Notes: generated from the sequence alone by a model not told the origin. Counted from the stretch's first letter, positions 10,895-24,672 are shown. The stretch: DNA of 64,000 nt from Neoechinorhynchus agilis (GCA_051530055.1 JBMGUZ010000009.1:5307-69306), one strand, 5' to 3'. Program-made: numbers and translations.

Positions 10895-12299
10895 AACTTC
10901 TAATCAATGTGGATAACGCCGCACTTTCCAGAGTTTCTTGCCTTTTGGATCCTAGATAGTACTTTTGCGTGAGGGAAATATTAATCAAATAAGTCTAGGC
11001 GTGTAGATCTGCACCGTTTGGCTTATCGGCATGTTTACGCGAAACTCCCAAAACGTAGATATGCAGCAATGAGCCAAGGGCTATTATGGAATCCAGTGAT
11101 GGAGAAATAAATGCTGATTTAAAAAAAATGCCAAAGAATGAGCAGCTCCAGTTGATATAAGTAATTCTGTATTTCTTGACTAACTTTCATGAGATTGAGA
11201 GCTAGTAATGCAACCGCATGTTTATTTATTTACACTGAGACTATACACACGTGAGTTTTAGTTAAAGGACCAATCATTGATTCCATAAAATTCCACATAA
11301 AAAGTGAGTACTCCCATTGCGCACACCAGAGTGTTTTTGCGCAAGTCTGATCGATTATCTAGGATTTGTCATTGATTTACATTTTATAATTTCCTAAATG
11401 GAATTATCGCAATATCACGGCAGCTTACCTCGAGTGTAAGGAAATATACAATTTTCTAAAAAATAATCCATGTTTGTTTTTAAAGAATCCTCTAATAACA
11501 TTTCTCGAGTAATTGCAATATCGGACTTATCTTTATGAAATCGCAAGCCCATTAAATTTTGAGCGTTCAAGAAAAGTATATTTATAATTATAGAACAATA
11601 GCAAGGTCTTCACTAACATGTTCATTGAACCATAAGATAAAAATTTGATTTTCTTAATATTTGGTAAAAATTTATAAAACATGCCTAGCCTCTGCTCCGG
11701 TGATAGTACTAAAAATAAGAGTTTTAGTTATGTTAACGATGAATCGTTGGTTTAGTCCCAGTCGCTTGGCCCTCTTGACCACGCATTTGACTCTTTTAAT
11801 AACGATTCAGATCCTTCCCAACTCATACCTAGGGTAAGTTAGTAAGGGAATTTGCAAACCAAGCGGTTTACTATTTTGGACCACTTTGGGTACATCTGTG
11901 AGATTGGATAAAAGGGTAGAGATCCTGATATTTGTATCCTTTTTCCGGTTATTAGGAACTCTAAAACATTTTTGTCAATTGAGAGACAAATGAGCTTTAC
12001 GTAAAAACTTGTCGATTTCACTTAAACATTTCTTAATTGTTTCAGCGATATTTCGTAAAAATTTCTCTGATAAGAAAAATTATTTTTTATGAAGATTGGC
12101 CAGCCGGTAACTTATATCGATGTGTGGCCTATTATGACACGGCTGTTAATTTTTGGGCACACAGCCCATCGACCTGGTTCAGAGTAGTAATTCAATTACC
12201 CAATGCACTGAACCATCCGGTAAAAGAGTTTGTACATTCCTCCGGATCCTCAGATACCTCCTAAGGATGAGGGACTCATCAGTGAGTTTCCTCCCTTGA

Positions 12300-14050
12300 T
12301 TGAGGTACTTCGTCCCCTTTTTGCTTGTGCGTCATTGGCGGTAACGGATTCGAACCGCTGGACCCTTAATCGGGATCCACTTTTTAACTTAAACTATTTA
12401 AATAAAAAATCCAAACTTATAACAAATAAAATGGAGGAGAGAGGAGACCCTTGAAGGACTCCATGTATATGGTAAAAAATTCTCCTATCCTTATCGAGAT
12501 CAAAGAAAACTCCCTTGGTTTTTAGCAAGATCATAATGTGATAAATAAGCTTTTTTGGAACTTTAAAAAAACCTAGGGCCTCATAAATGAAGGCTCGGTG
12601 AATTTCATCGAAGGTTCTGCATATATCTATTTGTAAAATCACGTTTACAGAATTTAGTCTTGCTCTAGATAATGCTATAAGTTCCTCCATTAAGGAATGC
12701 ACACCTCTGCCTGGAATAAAACCGTGCATAAAGTCAGGAAACAATCCTTTATCCTGCATATATTTCAATAGCTTCCATGTGATTGCGCGTTCAATTACTG
12801 AGATCAGTGGATCTTGAAGAGATATGGGTCGTAAATCTTTTGGTTAAGTTATCCGTTTGCCGCTAGTTTTCGCGATAAAAACACTTTTTGGCTTTGTTTA
12901 CCTCCACAAGTTGATAAATTCTTAAGGTAAAAAGTATTTTTGAGATTAAACTCGCTTTAATATCATCATTTATTAATTAAAAAATATCCAGTTGTGTCGA
13001 GATTGTATTGTGAGCCCATGATCTACCCACTGACGAGGCTTTAATAAAATCTTCAACACATGTAAAATAATCGGTTTCTTCAATATTATCATTAAAATTG
13101 ATTGGTTCACCCATATGGAAGTTTAAAATAGATTTGACAACTTCTGGATATGAGGAACTTCCAATTCATAAAGCCGCTTTTGATTTTCAATCCACATTCA
13201 CCACTTTTTGGAATGAGTAGCGCATTTTAAAAGTTTATTTCACTCTCTTCATTTCATTCCAGTATAGCGAAGTGAAATATTTGTTTCCAAACAAATCAGC
13301 TATTGAATGGTAACCGGTTTCTCTGGCCTCAACCTCCAATTTGAAAAGATAATTTAGATTAGAATCATGCCTCCAAAAACCGAAAACCTTAGTCTTTCTT
13401 AAAGACAACTCCGAAGCGAGAGAGCATAAGTTACTGAAGTTGAGGAGAGCTGAATCTTGACTTAAAATTGCAGGTAATTTAGATAAAATAATACTGTTAA
13501 AAGATAAAACATAAGACTTTTGTGGTACACCTCCGGTGCTGGTAAAAATCATGGCATCATGCCCCAAACGCCATTTCATTCTTATTTGCATTTCCAATGA
13601 GAATAGAACGCATAATTAATAAAAGAATGACACCCTCTGGACCAATTATGAAACGATGGTTCCTCCGGCAAAATAATATAATAATCAGAAACGAATCTGG
13701 CTCTAAAGGCACTCAAATAGTTATTGTTAAAATCACCAACCACTATATCGGGTTTACAAACATCGATAATACCCCTCATCATCTCAATCGATTTACTCAA
13801 GTTTGATTTTGCATTCCGATAAAAAACTCGTATCAGATGGTATGGTTCTAAATACTTTTCTTTAAGTAGAAAAGGGTTCAAAGTGGACATAATTTGAATG
13901 GCGAATTCATAGGTGTGCTTTTTGAAAAGTATTTTAGGAGAAATTACTTTTCTGAGGTAAGACTGCAAACCTCCAAAGAAGTTTGTTCGAGATGATAGAA
14001 TGGACTGATTTAAAAATATTGAAAATTATATAAGTTATAAGAGGTTCTTG
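12300..14050 (-). mobile_element. L1/Tx1-like LINE remnant (AP endonuclease + RT)
   Basis: IVVGDFNN, SFHN...SFINYAFY, GHDAMIF, RPISLQDP, HGFIPGR, LQID...FDEI, GVLQGSPLSSILF; many stops and frameshifts. Confidence 0.75.
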
Positions 14051-14399
14051 GTCCCGTTTCTTGTAAGAAACATCGCTTTGTTAGCGAAATGCAATATCAG
14101 CGTCACTGAGACAAATGCGACACTTAATCTTTTATTTGACATTCCGAACGTCAATAGAATCGAACATTCCTATGATTACACAATATGATGCTAATTAATC
14201 TCGATATTACGGGGGCTTTGACTGATCGGTTTAATGCTCACGACGAGTATTCGAGGAAATAAAATTGTTGTTTGCCTTCAAAACTCCAAACAATAAGAAA
14301 AACATATTTGTACGGAAAATGTTTGTAGTGTGAAACGAATGTGATTTAAGAATATCCTACACCCATCCTAAACTCCGACAGATTGATCGATAACGCCTA

Positions 14400-15058
14400 A
14401 TGAATCCTACAAAGTTCAAAGCATTGAGTATCGCAACTGCGATTTTGTTCTTTGCAAGTTCAATCTTAAGTTGGGTCTCACTATGCAGCAATCATCCATG
14501 GTCACGAGTTCCGGATACGAAAATCACCATCAGAATCTCCGGACATTCATCCATGTCTCCGATTTATTTCCTTCTCATTGAAGGTGAGTTTCCTTCTTGT
14601 TTCTTTTATAAAATCGCTTTCGTTAGGAGGACTAATGCGCACATTGCTGCTTATGAGCGCAGGAATCGAAACTGCGGCTTTTCTCATGGCCGTGTCTCAT
14701 TTTCTATGCCAAGGACGAGTTCGAATCTTGTGGCTGCAACTTTCCTCTGTTTTTGGACAAATCTCTTGTAAGTGTCGCCTACTATTGTAAATATTCTTGA
14801 TATTCGTCTTTAGTGACCTATCAACTAATGGGAATGGGATCATTTACTTTATACGTCAACGAGAATGGCCATGGATTTTGCTATCCATTTTATTTGGCGA
14901 TGGGAAGCTGCCTTTCCTCGATCTTAGCCTTTGTAGTCTCCCAAACAGTGACGTATATTATCGGCACGAATATTCTCAGATTGTTTGATGATGGATTTAC
15001 TGAGATACGACCAAAGTATCTGCAGCGCAGCGGGTTAGAAATGATCAATTTCTATTAA
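14400..15058 (+). CDS. Four-TM claudin/PMP22-like membrane protein, 3 exons
   Basis: Exons 14400-14583, 14627-14767, 14814-15058. The GT-AG introns (43 and 46 nt, both phase 1) give one frame with four hydrophobic segments (ALSIATAILFFASSILSWV; LLLMSAGIETAAFLMAV; LSSVFGQISLTYQLMGMGSF; FYLAMGSCLSSILAFVV). Confidence 0.7.
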
Positions 15059-15469
15059 GTATAATTCAATTATTTAAATTTAAGGGCTTTAAAAGCGAAT
15101 CCTGTAGTTAATCCATTCGCCAAGGTGAAGAAATCATCAGAAGAGTTTTCTGGGACGCATGTTTCTCCACTGAAATATTTTCCCAGATGAAGAAGCCATC
15201 CAACTTAATCAATTAGACAACCATTCTGGCCCAATTAAAACGGATTCCCTTCATCCGGAGAGGTCTATGGATACGCCACGATCAGACATAGGCGATCCAC
15301 TTCTATATGATCGAATGTAGCTTCGGGGAAAGTGTTCAGCCTTTCATTAGCTCCAAATTAACCAAAATTAATTATTATTTACTTAATAAATCGGTTAACC
15401 TTTATGACAGGTCAGCTTAGTTGTGATTTTAAGAAAACTGGGAAATTCGATATGTGAAGAATTCGATTT

Positions 15470-16075
15470 CAACGATCATCAACTTCTATTTTAATATTCG
15501 ATTTTCCATTTCCATGCTCCAAATAAAGGTGGATAAAGCATACTACGCATGCAACCCTGATTTCCCTCGCCTTCAATTCTCTTTTGCTAATCACATTCTC
15601 AACTCGCGTAAGGCCCTTTTCTTGTACATAAACTCGCCTAATATTCCATTCACCTCTGGTGGGAAAACACTTAAATCTTTCGTCAACCTCTCAAACTCAG
15701 ACCTCTTTGCTATACTAAACTCCATCAATGCACAACTTTGTGACTCGCCTAATTTCTTATTCCCAATTAGGCTCTTCGCTTTAACATCCTAGATATAATT
15801 GATCCACTAACCCACATAACCAACCAAAGTTTCAAGACCGGAATCTTCCCAAATTGCCTTAAAACTTCTCGGGTTTCACTGCTCCCGAAAGCTGGTAAAC
15901 TTATATTCATCTCATGTTTTCGACCCATTTCTATCTTAACTTTCTTCTCTAAGGTCTTCGAGAAATGCTTTAAAGCACACCTTCTGCCAATCTTCAATCG
16001 AAAAATTTCATCCATTCAATTAGGTTTCCGGCTTTTCGTGTACGGACGCCCCTCTTTGCATCTACGATTCTCTTT
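15470..16075 (+). mobile_element. L2/CR1-like fragment sharing its right junction with the 2.7 kb and 23.7 kb copies
   Basis: Same L2 segment, ending ctttgcatctacgattctctt followed by ttttataaattcggattc. Confidence 0.75.
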
Positions 16076-17049
16076 TTTATAAATTCGGATTCAAGGTTTC
16101 AGAAATTTAGATAGAATACTTGGCGTACAGGTCAAAATGTCTGCGTTTCGCTTTCGAGATAGTGAGAATGTAAATTGGGATTCCAATGCCCTCTGTCGGC
16201 TGCCAGGGATGCTGAAACAATGCTCCTTAATGAACTAGTCAATCAAAGCCAATTCCTAGAAATAATCATTTTTTTTCATTCCTGCCCATTGATTCGTTTT
16301 CTTCGTAGCATTCTCGCCTTTGAACGCTCGCAACTCTTTTGTATCTGACTTTTTTACTATGGAAATTTTCCATCTTCCGATTGCGACCAAAAAGGTTATT
16401 TTCATTTTGAACGAAGATTTCCCTTATTTGTTTGAGCAGAGAATCCTCCATGTCCTTTGGTGATGGTTTCATTTTGAACAATGATTCTTATCTGGAAAGT
16501 CGTACAAATTGTTCATGATTGGTTCTCAACTGCACAAACCATTATAAACTTTGATGTTCTCAAAGATCTTTAAAAAAAGATATTAGATATTTTGATAATT
16601 TCATTCAGTGGACACTGAATCTATCATGCGCATAAACCTCCAGACTAAAGAAAGTGACTTATAATCCAATTTAGCGAACTCGCTAATATTTTAAATCTCT
16701 AGAATTGGAAACGAATACGATCCTGTCATTCTTGCAATAAAAAAGAAGCTCTATTAGCGCAAATCATTTTCGAAGAATACAACTCATTAATATAAAATAC
16801 TTTTGAATGCCTGGGAAGACACTTCGATGTTTGAATTCGAATTTTTGATAAGAAGCTTTGTGGAATAATCCCGACTGTGCGTAATACAGCTCTTAAAAAT
16901 TCTTAATTTATTGTGATTTTACCAATGATAGCACGAGGAAAGCTTTTTATAAACATGTTTTATTTAAAAGAAACACAAGTCACCTGACCTTGTACCTTAG
17001 GTATACAGTTAATCCTGTACATTTTAAACAACTTTAATCGGTTCAGTTG

Positions 17050-19920
17050 TTATTTTGTTGTTGTTTTCCGCTCTTTCCTCCAAATCAATTCGCATTTGGG
17101 GGATTGAACAGTGGGGAAGAAAGAGCGGAGGTAGAGATTTGTGCGAGGGACTGAAGGATGGAAAATGTTGGGGCGACGCGAGTGTTGTAAGTGTGAGTTC
17201 GGAGGAGCTGGTTAGAACGCACCTCTTGTGAAATGTATTAAGTTTTTTGAATAGTTTACAAGAAAACTTGCAGAATGTTGGATATGCGCGTAGGCGAGCG
17301 TTGGTTGGATGGCGATGTTATAAAAGTACTTGAGGTCTTTGGATGATAATCCAAGGAATCGGGACGTTTAAGAAGATAGAATTTAATAGACCCTTCGAGC
17401 AACAAGTTGATGTGTGTTTGTCCTACTTTAGATTTTCCTGAAAATGAAGACCAAGGATACGAACAGGGGAGCCATGGTTGGTAGGAAAAGGAAAAAGTGC
17501 TTGATCGAAAGGGTGATTTGAGCTCGAGGGTACGATTTCGAAGCACTTGGTTAAGGGTAAGACATTTAGAGGAGCAAAATGCTTGAACGTGAGAAATCTC
17601 GTTAGAAGTAAGTGCATGCGTAATGATTGTGAGATCTTCAGCATAAAAAGAAGTATTCAGAATTAGAAGATGATGGAATAAGATCATTGAGGAAAATGTT
17701 GAAAAGAATGGGGGAGAGAGCAGCTCCTTGGGGGACTTTATTGTTAATTGCTAAGGTGTTCGAGACGATGCTCCCTATTTCGGTAAATTGTAATCTATTG
17801 TTTAAGAAGGATTTAAACCATTTGATTTTCCAGGCGGCAAGACCAAATTTAGAGCATGTGTCAAGGAGAAGATTGTGATCGACGGAATCAAAAGCTTTAT
17901 AAATGTCGATTTGGGTGAGTCGAGAGATAAATAAGGGGCGTGGGTCGAGATTATGAAGAAGAGAATCGTAGATGCAAAGAAGGGCGTCCGTACACCCGGA
18001 AACCTAATTGAATGGATGAAATTTTTCGGTTGAAGATTGGCAGAAGGTGTGCTTCAAAGCATCTCTCAAAGACTTTAAAGAAGAAAGGTAAGATAGAAAT
18101 GGGTCGAAAACTTAGGAGGAATATACGTTTACCTGTTTTCGGGAGCAGGGTTACCCGAGGTTATATGGGTAAGAGGATCAATTAAATCTGGGATGATAAA
18201 GCGAAGAGCCCAGTTGATAATGGCAGATTCAGGAAGTCACAAAGTTACTCATTGATAGAGTTTAGTATAGCAAAAAGGTCCGAGTTTGAGAGGCTGGAGA
18301 AAGATTTTCGTGTTTTCCCACCATAGGTGAATGGAATATTAGGCGAGTTTATGTGCAAGAAAGGTCTTGCGCGAGTTGAGAATGTGATGAGCAAGAGAGA
18401 ATTGAAGGCGGGGGAAATCAGGGTTGCATGCGTGGTATGCTTTAATTGCCTTTATTTGGAGCATTTTCAAGAAAGGGATCATCCAAGGTGGGTCTCGGTT
18501 TGAAAGGCGGGCGGTTTTCCTAGGAATATCTGTAGTCGTACAGGAGGAATGTTCGTGGGAGAAAGCATAGCATTCGAGGGATTGAGGTGAAAAATAGATT
18601 TTTTGTGTGAAGAGAGATTACGCGAGACCAATTTGGTAAATGCGAATATGTGTTGATCTCTCTTATCCCAGACCGTAAAGGGGGATGACCGGTTACGTTG
18701 AGGAGGAGCGGAGGGAGAGAGGATTATTGCGCAATGATCTGTGGATGAAATTGGAGGTAGTTTTTTTAGCACTCTTGTATTTGTGGATGTTAGTAAAGAT
18801 TTTATCGAGATGTGAGTTGTGGCGGGTAGGAAATTTTACTAATTGTACGTAGTCAAGAAGAGATAGTGATGTAGGAAGATTATTGAAATCACCAAGAATG
18901 GTTAGATGTTCAAGACCAAGAGAGTGAAGATTTGCTATGAGTGCATCAATATCCTGTGATGCCATTTGTAGATTGACTGAGGGAGGGTCGAATTTCGGCT
19001 GCCTGAGTGAAGTTTGAGCGAGAGCGTTATGTAGATGTACACTAAGTATGGGGATTGTTAAGGAGTTGAGGGGGAGGGAGTAAGGGAGGTCAGACCGGAT
19101 GAAAATGGAGACTTCACTTCCTACGCATTCGTCTCTGTAAGAGTGGAAAGGCGTTTAGTCAGGGATCAAGGCGATGTCGGAATTGGGGGATTGCAGCCAC
19201 GTTTCCACAATGACCAAAATGTCTGCGTTAGTGGTGGAGGCTAATAGCGAAGGACGATCCAGTTTAGGTGACAGACTTCTTATGTTAGTGAAAAGAAAGG
19301 AGGGAAATGGTTGTTTGAAAGAGTTTGAAGGGGGATGTAGTTTGCGGGAGTTGACTGGTGAAAGAGTTGGGTGGATACGTTTTTGAGCGGTTTTTGAGTG
19401 AGTGGCAATGTTTGATTTTGCCAACGTAGAGTGGGGATTTTCGGAGGTATCAGAAAATTTACATGAGAGTTCTGAGATTATGTTTTGGCTTGTGATAAAT
19501 TAGTGGAAGGGGAGAGAAGACGGTTATGCATACGGGAATGCTCTATGGAGTTCACAGTTTGAAGTGAGCGGTTTGGGTATATTCGATATGGCAGGGAGGA
19601 ATTGACGGTGTTTGGTAGACGAAAAGTGATTTTGAGTTGACGAGGACGGGAGTTATTAGAGTTTTTGTTGGGGATGCGTTGAAGGGTGTCCGGGGAAGGA
19701 AAAAAGGATTTGGGAAAGAGTTGTGGGCAGACAATATTAAGGTGATGAATGTAGTGCTTCTGCAGGTCTAAGTTGGATAATGTTGTGATTTTTGGTATAA
19801 GATGTTATGTGTAGGTCGGTAGGTGGATGATATATTTTTATATTGTTGGTTGCTGTAGGCCTGTTGCGGTGTTTGTTGAAGAAGATTGCTTTTGCGGTAG
19901 GAATGAGTGGTTTGTCCAAT
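17050..19920 (-). mobile_element. Near-complete but decayed L2/CR1-like LINE (ORF1 remnant, AP endonuclease, RT, (AAC)n-like tail)
   Basis: ORF1-like RPRQLKITF; EN motifs NIRSL, VETWL, GDFNN, HLDKIFTN, STDHC; RT motifs KAFDSVDH, VPQGAALSPILF, YAEDLTI, LGLHF; 3' aacaacaacaaaataac tail. Confidence 0.85.
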
Positions 19921-20880
19921 TTCCATTCTACCCGCCGCTCTTTCAAAAATCATCGAAAAATGTTTTAAATCTCGACTTCTTTCACTTCTCCACGAAAAGT
20001 TATCGCCTAAACAATTTGGCTTCCGACCCAGATTTTCTGCAACCGATGCCCTACTTTGCATTTATGACACGCTTCTACGTAACCTCGACAATAATTCCCT
20101 CCCATGTCACCCGAAAGCTTTCGACTCCGTCGACCATTCACTCCTTCTCCGAGCCTACTTCGATTTTGGTCTCAATTTGCGGCGGATCCACTTGCTCGAA
20201 TCTTATCTTCACAATCGCGAACAATACATTCACTGCCGTTCTACCTCTTCTATCAGCCTATCCCTCTCTAAAGGCGTCTCTCAAGATGTTGTGCTGTCAC
20301 CACTTCTCTTTAATATTTTTCTAAACAACCTCAAACCTCTCTCCTCTCAGTCTAAACTCTTCTTATACGCCGGCGATATCACCATCATCATCGATTCACC
20401 ACCCCACCTCTCCCTTTCTTTAACCTCTAAAGAAATCACACTCAAAAGATTTCGGTACCAATCACAAACTCCACCTGAATTTCTCTAAATGTTTCGAAAT
20501 GATCCCCTCTTTCCCGCAACCCCACATCATCCTCTGAACTTCCAAATGACATCCTATGAGTAACCTCCCTAAGAATTCTGGGTCTCCAATTTCGATCAAA
20601 TTTGAAATGGGACTCGCACATCACTCCCTCAAGCACAACACCTTTAAAATTTACCTCTTCAAACGCTTCCGCCGTTTTTGAGTCCCTTCACCCGACCTCT
20701 ACAAATTTTACTTCGGCTTTATCTTACCCACCCTCACCAACAGTTATCCCGTGTTTTGCAACCTGTCAAAATCTCAAATCCGTCGTCTTGAAACGTTTCA
20801 TAGAAGATCATCTAAAATTTCCACGACTGACTTTCCCCATCTCACCGAATGAATTGATACTATTTTCATAAAACAAATAA
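19920..20880 (+). mobile_element. Second L2/CR1-like subfamily: RT and 3' end, head-to-head with the previous element
   Basis: ALSKIIEK, QFGFRP, KAFDSVDH, VSQDVVLSPLLFNIF, FLYAGDITI, A-rich end at about 20870. Base composition flips strand at about 19920. Confidence 0.85.
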
Positions 20881-20886
20881 AACGAG

Positions 20887-23110
20887 CCGGATATTCTCAA
20901 AGGAACATACAAATTCTCACCCGAACGAACCTCCCAAGACTAGATAGTTCTTACCGAATAGACAGCCCTCCGACCAGATATTACCACCCGAACGGACATC
21001 CCTCGACTGGATATTCCCATCCTAACGGATACGCTTTCTTTGAACATTGTGAACCGGAATTCTTATGAGGACCCAAAGGTACATGGGTACTCCTATTCTT
21101 TCATTGTATTTTCAACAATAAAGGTGTTATTATTATATCTTTAGCAGTAATTTAGGCGATCAAATAAAACCTGCGCTCTCGGATTTCATAACGTGAAACG
21201 ATTCTGAGGAAAGACCAACCTTACAAGCACTCCCGGGAGCAATAAACACCAATTCCCTCCCGAACGAACCTTCCAACCCAACCGGATATTCTCAAAGGAA
21301 CATACAAATTCTCACCCGAACGAACCTCCTCCGACTAGATAGTTCTTACCGAATAGACATCCCTCCGACCAGATATTACCACCCGAACGGACATCCCTCG
21401 ACTGGATATTCCCATCCTAACGGATACGCTTTCTTTGAACATTGTGAACCGGAATTCTTATGAGGACCCAAAGGTACATGGGTACTCCTATTCTTTCTTT
21501 GTATTTTCAACAATAAAGGTGTTATTATTATATCTTTAGCAGTAATTTAGGCGATCAAATAAAACCTGCGCTCTCGGATATCATAACGTGAAACGATTCT
21601 GAGGAAAGACCAACCTTACAAGCACTCCCGGGAGCAATAAACACCAATTCCCTCCCGAACGAACCTTCCAACCCAACCGGATATTCTCAAAGGAACATAC
21701 AAATTCTCACCCGAACGAACCTCCCCCGACTAGATAGTTCTTACCGAATAGACATCCCTCCGACCAGATATTACCACCCGAACGGACATCCCTCGACTGG
21801 ATATTCCCATCCTAACGGATACGCTTTCTTTGAACATTGTGAACCGGAATTCTTATGAGGACCCAAAGGTACATGGGTACTCCTATTCTTTCTTTGTATT
21901 TTCAACAATAAAGGTGTTATTATTATATCTTTAGCAGTAATTTAGGCGATCAAATAAAACCTGCGCTCTCGGATTTCATAACGTGAAACGATTCTGAGGA
22001 AAGACCAACCTTACAAGCACTCCCGGGAGCAATAAACACCAATTCCCTCCCGAACGAACCTTCCAACCCAACCGGATATTCTCAAAGGAACATACAAATT
22101 CTCACCCGAACGAACCTCCTCCGACTAGATAGTTCTTACCGAATAGACATCCCTCCGACCAGATATTACCACCCGAACGGACATCCCTCGACTGGATATT
22201 CCCATCCTAACGGATACGCTTTCTTTGAACAATTATGAACCTGAATGCTTATGAGGACCCAAAGGTACATGGGTACTCCTATTCTTTCTTTGTATTTTCA
22301 ACAATAAAGGTGTTATTATTATATCTTTAGCAGTAATTTAGGCGATCAAATAAAACCTGCGCTCTCGGATATCATAACGTGAAACGATTCTGAGGAAAGA
22401 CCAACCTTACAAGCACTCCCGGGAGCAATAAACACCAATTCCCTCCCGAACGAACCTTCCAACCCAACCGGATATTCTCAAAGGAACATACAAATTCTCA
22501 CCCGAACGAACCTCCCCCGACTAGATAGTTCTTACCGAATAGACATCCCTCCGACCAGATATTACCACCCGAACGGACATCCCTCGACTGGATATTCCCA
22601 TCCTAACGGATACGCTTTCTTTGAACATTGTGAACCGGAATTCTGAGGACCCAAAGGTACATGGGTACTCCTATTCTTTCTTTGTATTTTCAACAATAAA
22701 GGTGTTATTATTATATCTTTAGCAGTAATTTAGGCGATCAAATAAAACCTGCGCTCTCGGATATCATAACGTGAAACGATTCTGAGGAAAGACCAACCTT
22801 ACAAGCACTCCCGGGAGCAATAAACACCAATTCCCTCCCGAGCGAACCTTCCAACCCAACCGGATATTCTCAAAGGAACATACAAATTCTCACCCGAACG
22901 AACCTCCCCCGACTAGATAGTTCTTACCGAATAGACATCCCTCCGACCAGATATTACCACCCGAACGGACATCCCTCGACTGGATATTCCCATCCTAACG
23001 GATACGCTTTCTTTGAACAATTATGAACCTGAATGCTTATGAGGACCCAAAGGTACATGGGTACTCCTATTCTTTCTTTGTATTTTCAACAATAAAGGTG
23101 TTATTATTAT
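20887..23110. repeat. Tandem satellite, 395-bp unit x ~5.6, with internal 16-17-bp subrepeats
   Basis: Unit starts (ccggatattctc) at 20887, 21282, 21677, 22072, 22468, 22860. Confidence 0.97.
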
Positions 23111-23201
23111 TCGCTTGAATTTGGCATACTGATGACATCTACCAAACCTCTCCTTTGTGGTCGCTTCACTATCCGATTTCAGTAAACCTTTAATATGTTT
23201 C

Positions 23202-23459
23202 TTAGAATTCACTTTTGAAAATTTTTGCCCGCCTCTTTGAGGCGTTCGCTTTTTTCCCTTTGCACTTTTTGACTTCGACCAACTGTTCACTTTTAAGAGC
23301 TTCGATTTCGAACTGAATAGCCTCCCCTAATACATCCTTAACTGCACTCACCGCTTCAATTAATGAGTCCCTTAGATTATCAGTAAGCCGTTCGAAGCAC
23401 TTCTTTAGTACGACATCAATAAGAGCGGAATACTTCACCGATTCTTGTTCACTGTTCAT
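23202..23459 (-). other. Short ORF of unknown function running into the satellite (copy at 58096-58353)
   Basis: 85-aa helical, Lys-rich ORF. An overlapping frame continues into the satellite unit. No recognisable family. Confidence 0.25.
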
Positions 23460-23739
23460 TGATTAGAATACGTTGACGAGATATAGGACCTTGACGACCT
23501 TTCACAAGAGAAGTGCGCTCTAATATGCCATCCTGAACTCATAGAAAAACAAATTGCTTTTCCAACGATCGGTTTCTCGCACCCACTCTCTCTTCAGCAC
23601 CGCTAAAATCCTCCAAGTGAGAATCGAACCGACCTTTACACTTGACCGGACCCGTAATCCACTCCAAAAATCAACCGCCATCAGCTCAGTGGTGATTTTA
23701 AGAAAACTGCGAACAACTTCGGTTTTAATATTCGATTTT

Positions 23740-24140
23740 CCATTGCCATCATTTCCCTAAAATATGTTTTTTATGCTAAAAATAAAGGTGGATAAAGCAT
23801 ACCACGCATGCAACCCTGATTTCCCTCGCCTTCAATTCTCTCTTACTCATCACATTCGCAACTCGCGCAAGGCCTTTCTTGCACATAAACTCTCCTAATA
23901 TTCCACTCGACTCTGGTGGGAAAACACTTAAATCTTTCGTCAACCTCTCAAACTCAGACCTCTTTGCTATACTAAACTCCATCAATGCACAACTTTGTGA
24001 CTCCCTTAATTTTCTATTCCCAATTGGGCTCTTCGCTTCATTATCCCAGATTTAATTGATCCTCTTACAGCACACCTTCTGCAAATCTTCAATCAAAAGA
24101 TTTCATCCATTCGACGCCCTAATTTGCATCTACGATTCTC
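23740..24140 (+). mobile_element. L2/CR1-like fragment upstream of PTRHD1 copy 2
   Basis: Homologous to 2700-3062 and 15470-16075. Confidence 0.75.
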
Positions 24141-24327
24141 TTTTTTATAAATTCGGATTCGAGGTTTCAGAAATTTAGATAGAATACTTGACGCACAAGT
24201 CAAAATTTCTGCTGTTCGCTTTCGAGATAGTGAAAATGTAAATTGGGATAAATCTTTGTTTAAATAAGTTTTAATCTTTTACATAAAAACGTTCAAATCG
24301 CATAAGATCCCTTTTTTAGATCCACGA

Positions 24328-24672
24328 ATGTCATCGCTGGTCCAATACATTGTTCTAAGGAAAGATTTAAAATGGCCTGCAGGCGCCCTCATTGCTCAAG
24401 CTTGCCACGCTGCTACCGCTGTAATCTTTGAGAACTACGACGATCACTTAACTCTCTCTTATTTGAAAGATATTGATAATATGCACAAAATTGTGCTCGA
24501 GTGCGACGGCGAAAAGGAGTTGAATAACATTCAACTGTCATTGGCCGAAAGGAACATAAAGTATAAACTCTGGATTGAAAAACCTGAAAATCTTGGAACC
24601 TGTATAGCACTGAAGCCATATCCTAAAAAAGACGTTAACGATTTGTTTAAGAGCCTTAAACTTTTCAAGTAA
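24328..24672 (+). CDS. PTRHD1: PTRHD1 (copy 2)
   Basis: Protein identical to copy 1. Confidence 0.92.
   Translation: MSSLVQYIVLRKDLKWPAGALIAQACHAATAVIFENYDDHLTLSYLKDIDNMHKIVLECDGEKELNNIQLSLAERNIKYKLWIEKPENLGTCIALKPYPKKDVNDLFKSLKLFK

Noticed and set aside
10950-11450. Hydrophobic short frames on the minus strand upstream of fringe
   Set aside because: Could not assemble an in-phase GT-AG gene model.
20887-23110. CRISPR array or retrozyme interpretation of the 395-bp repeats
   Set aside because: Units are identical end to end with no unique spacers and no cas genes. The CTGAGGA in the unit has no downstream stem II-GAAA, so no hammerhead can be built.
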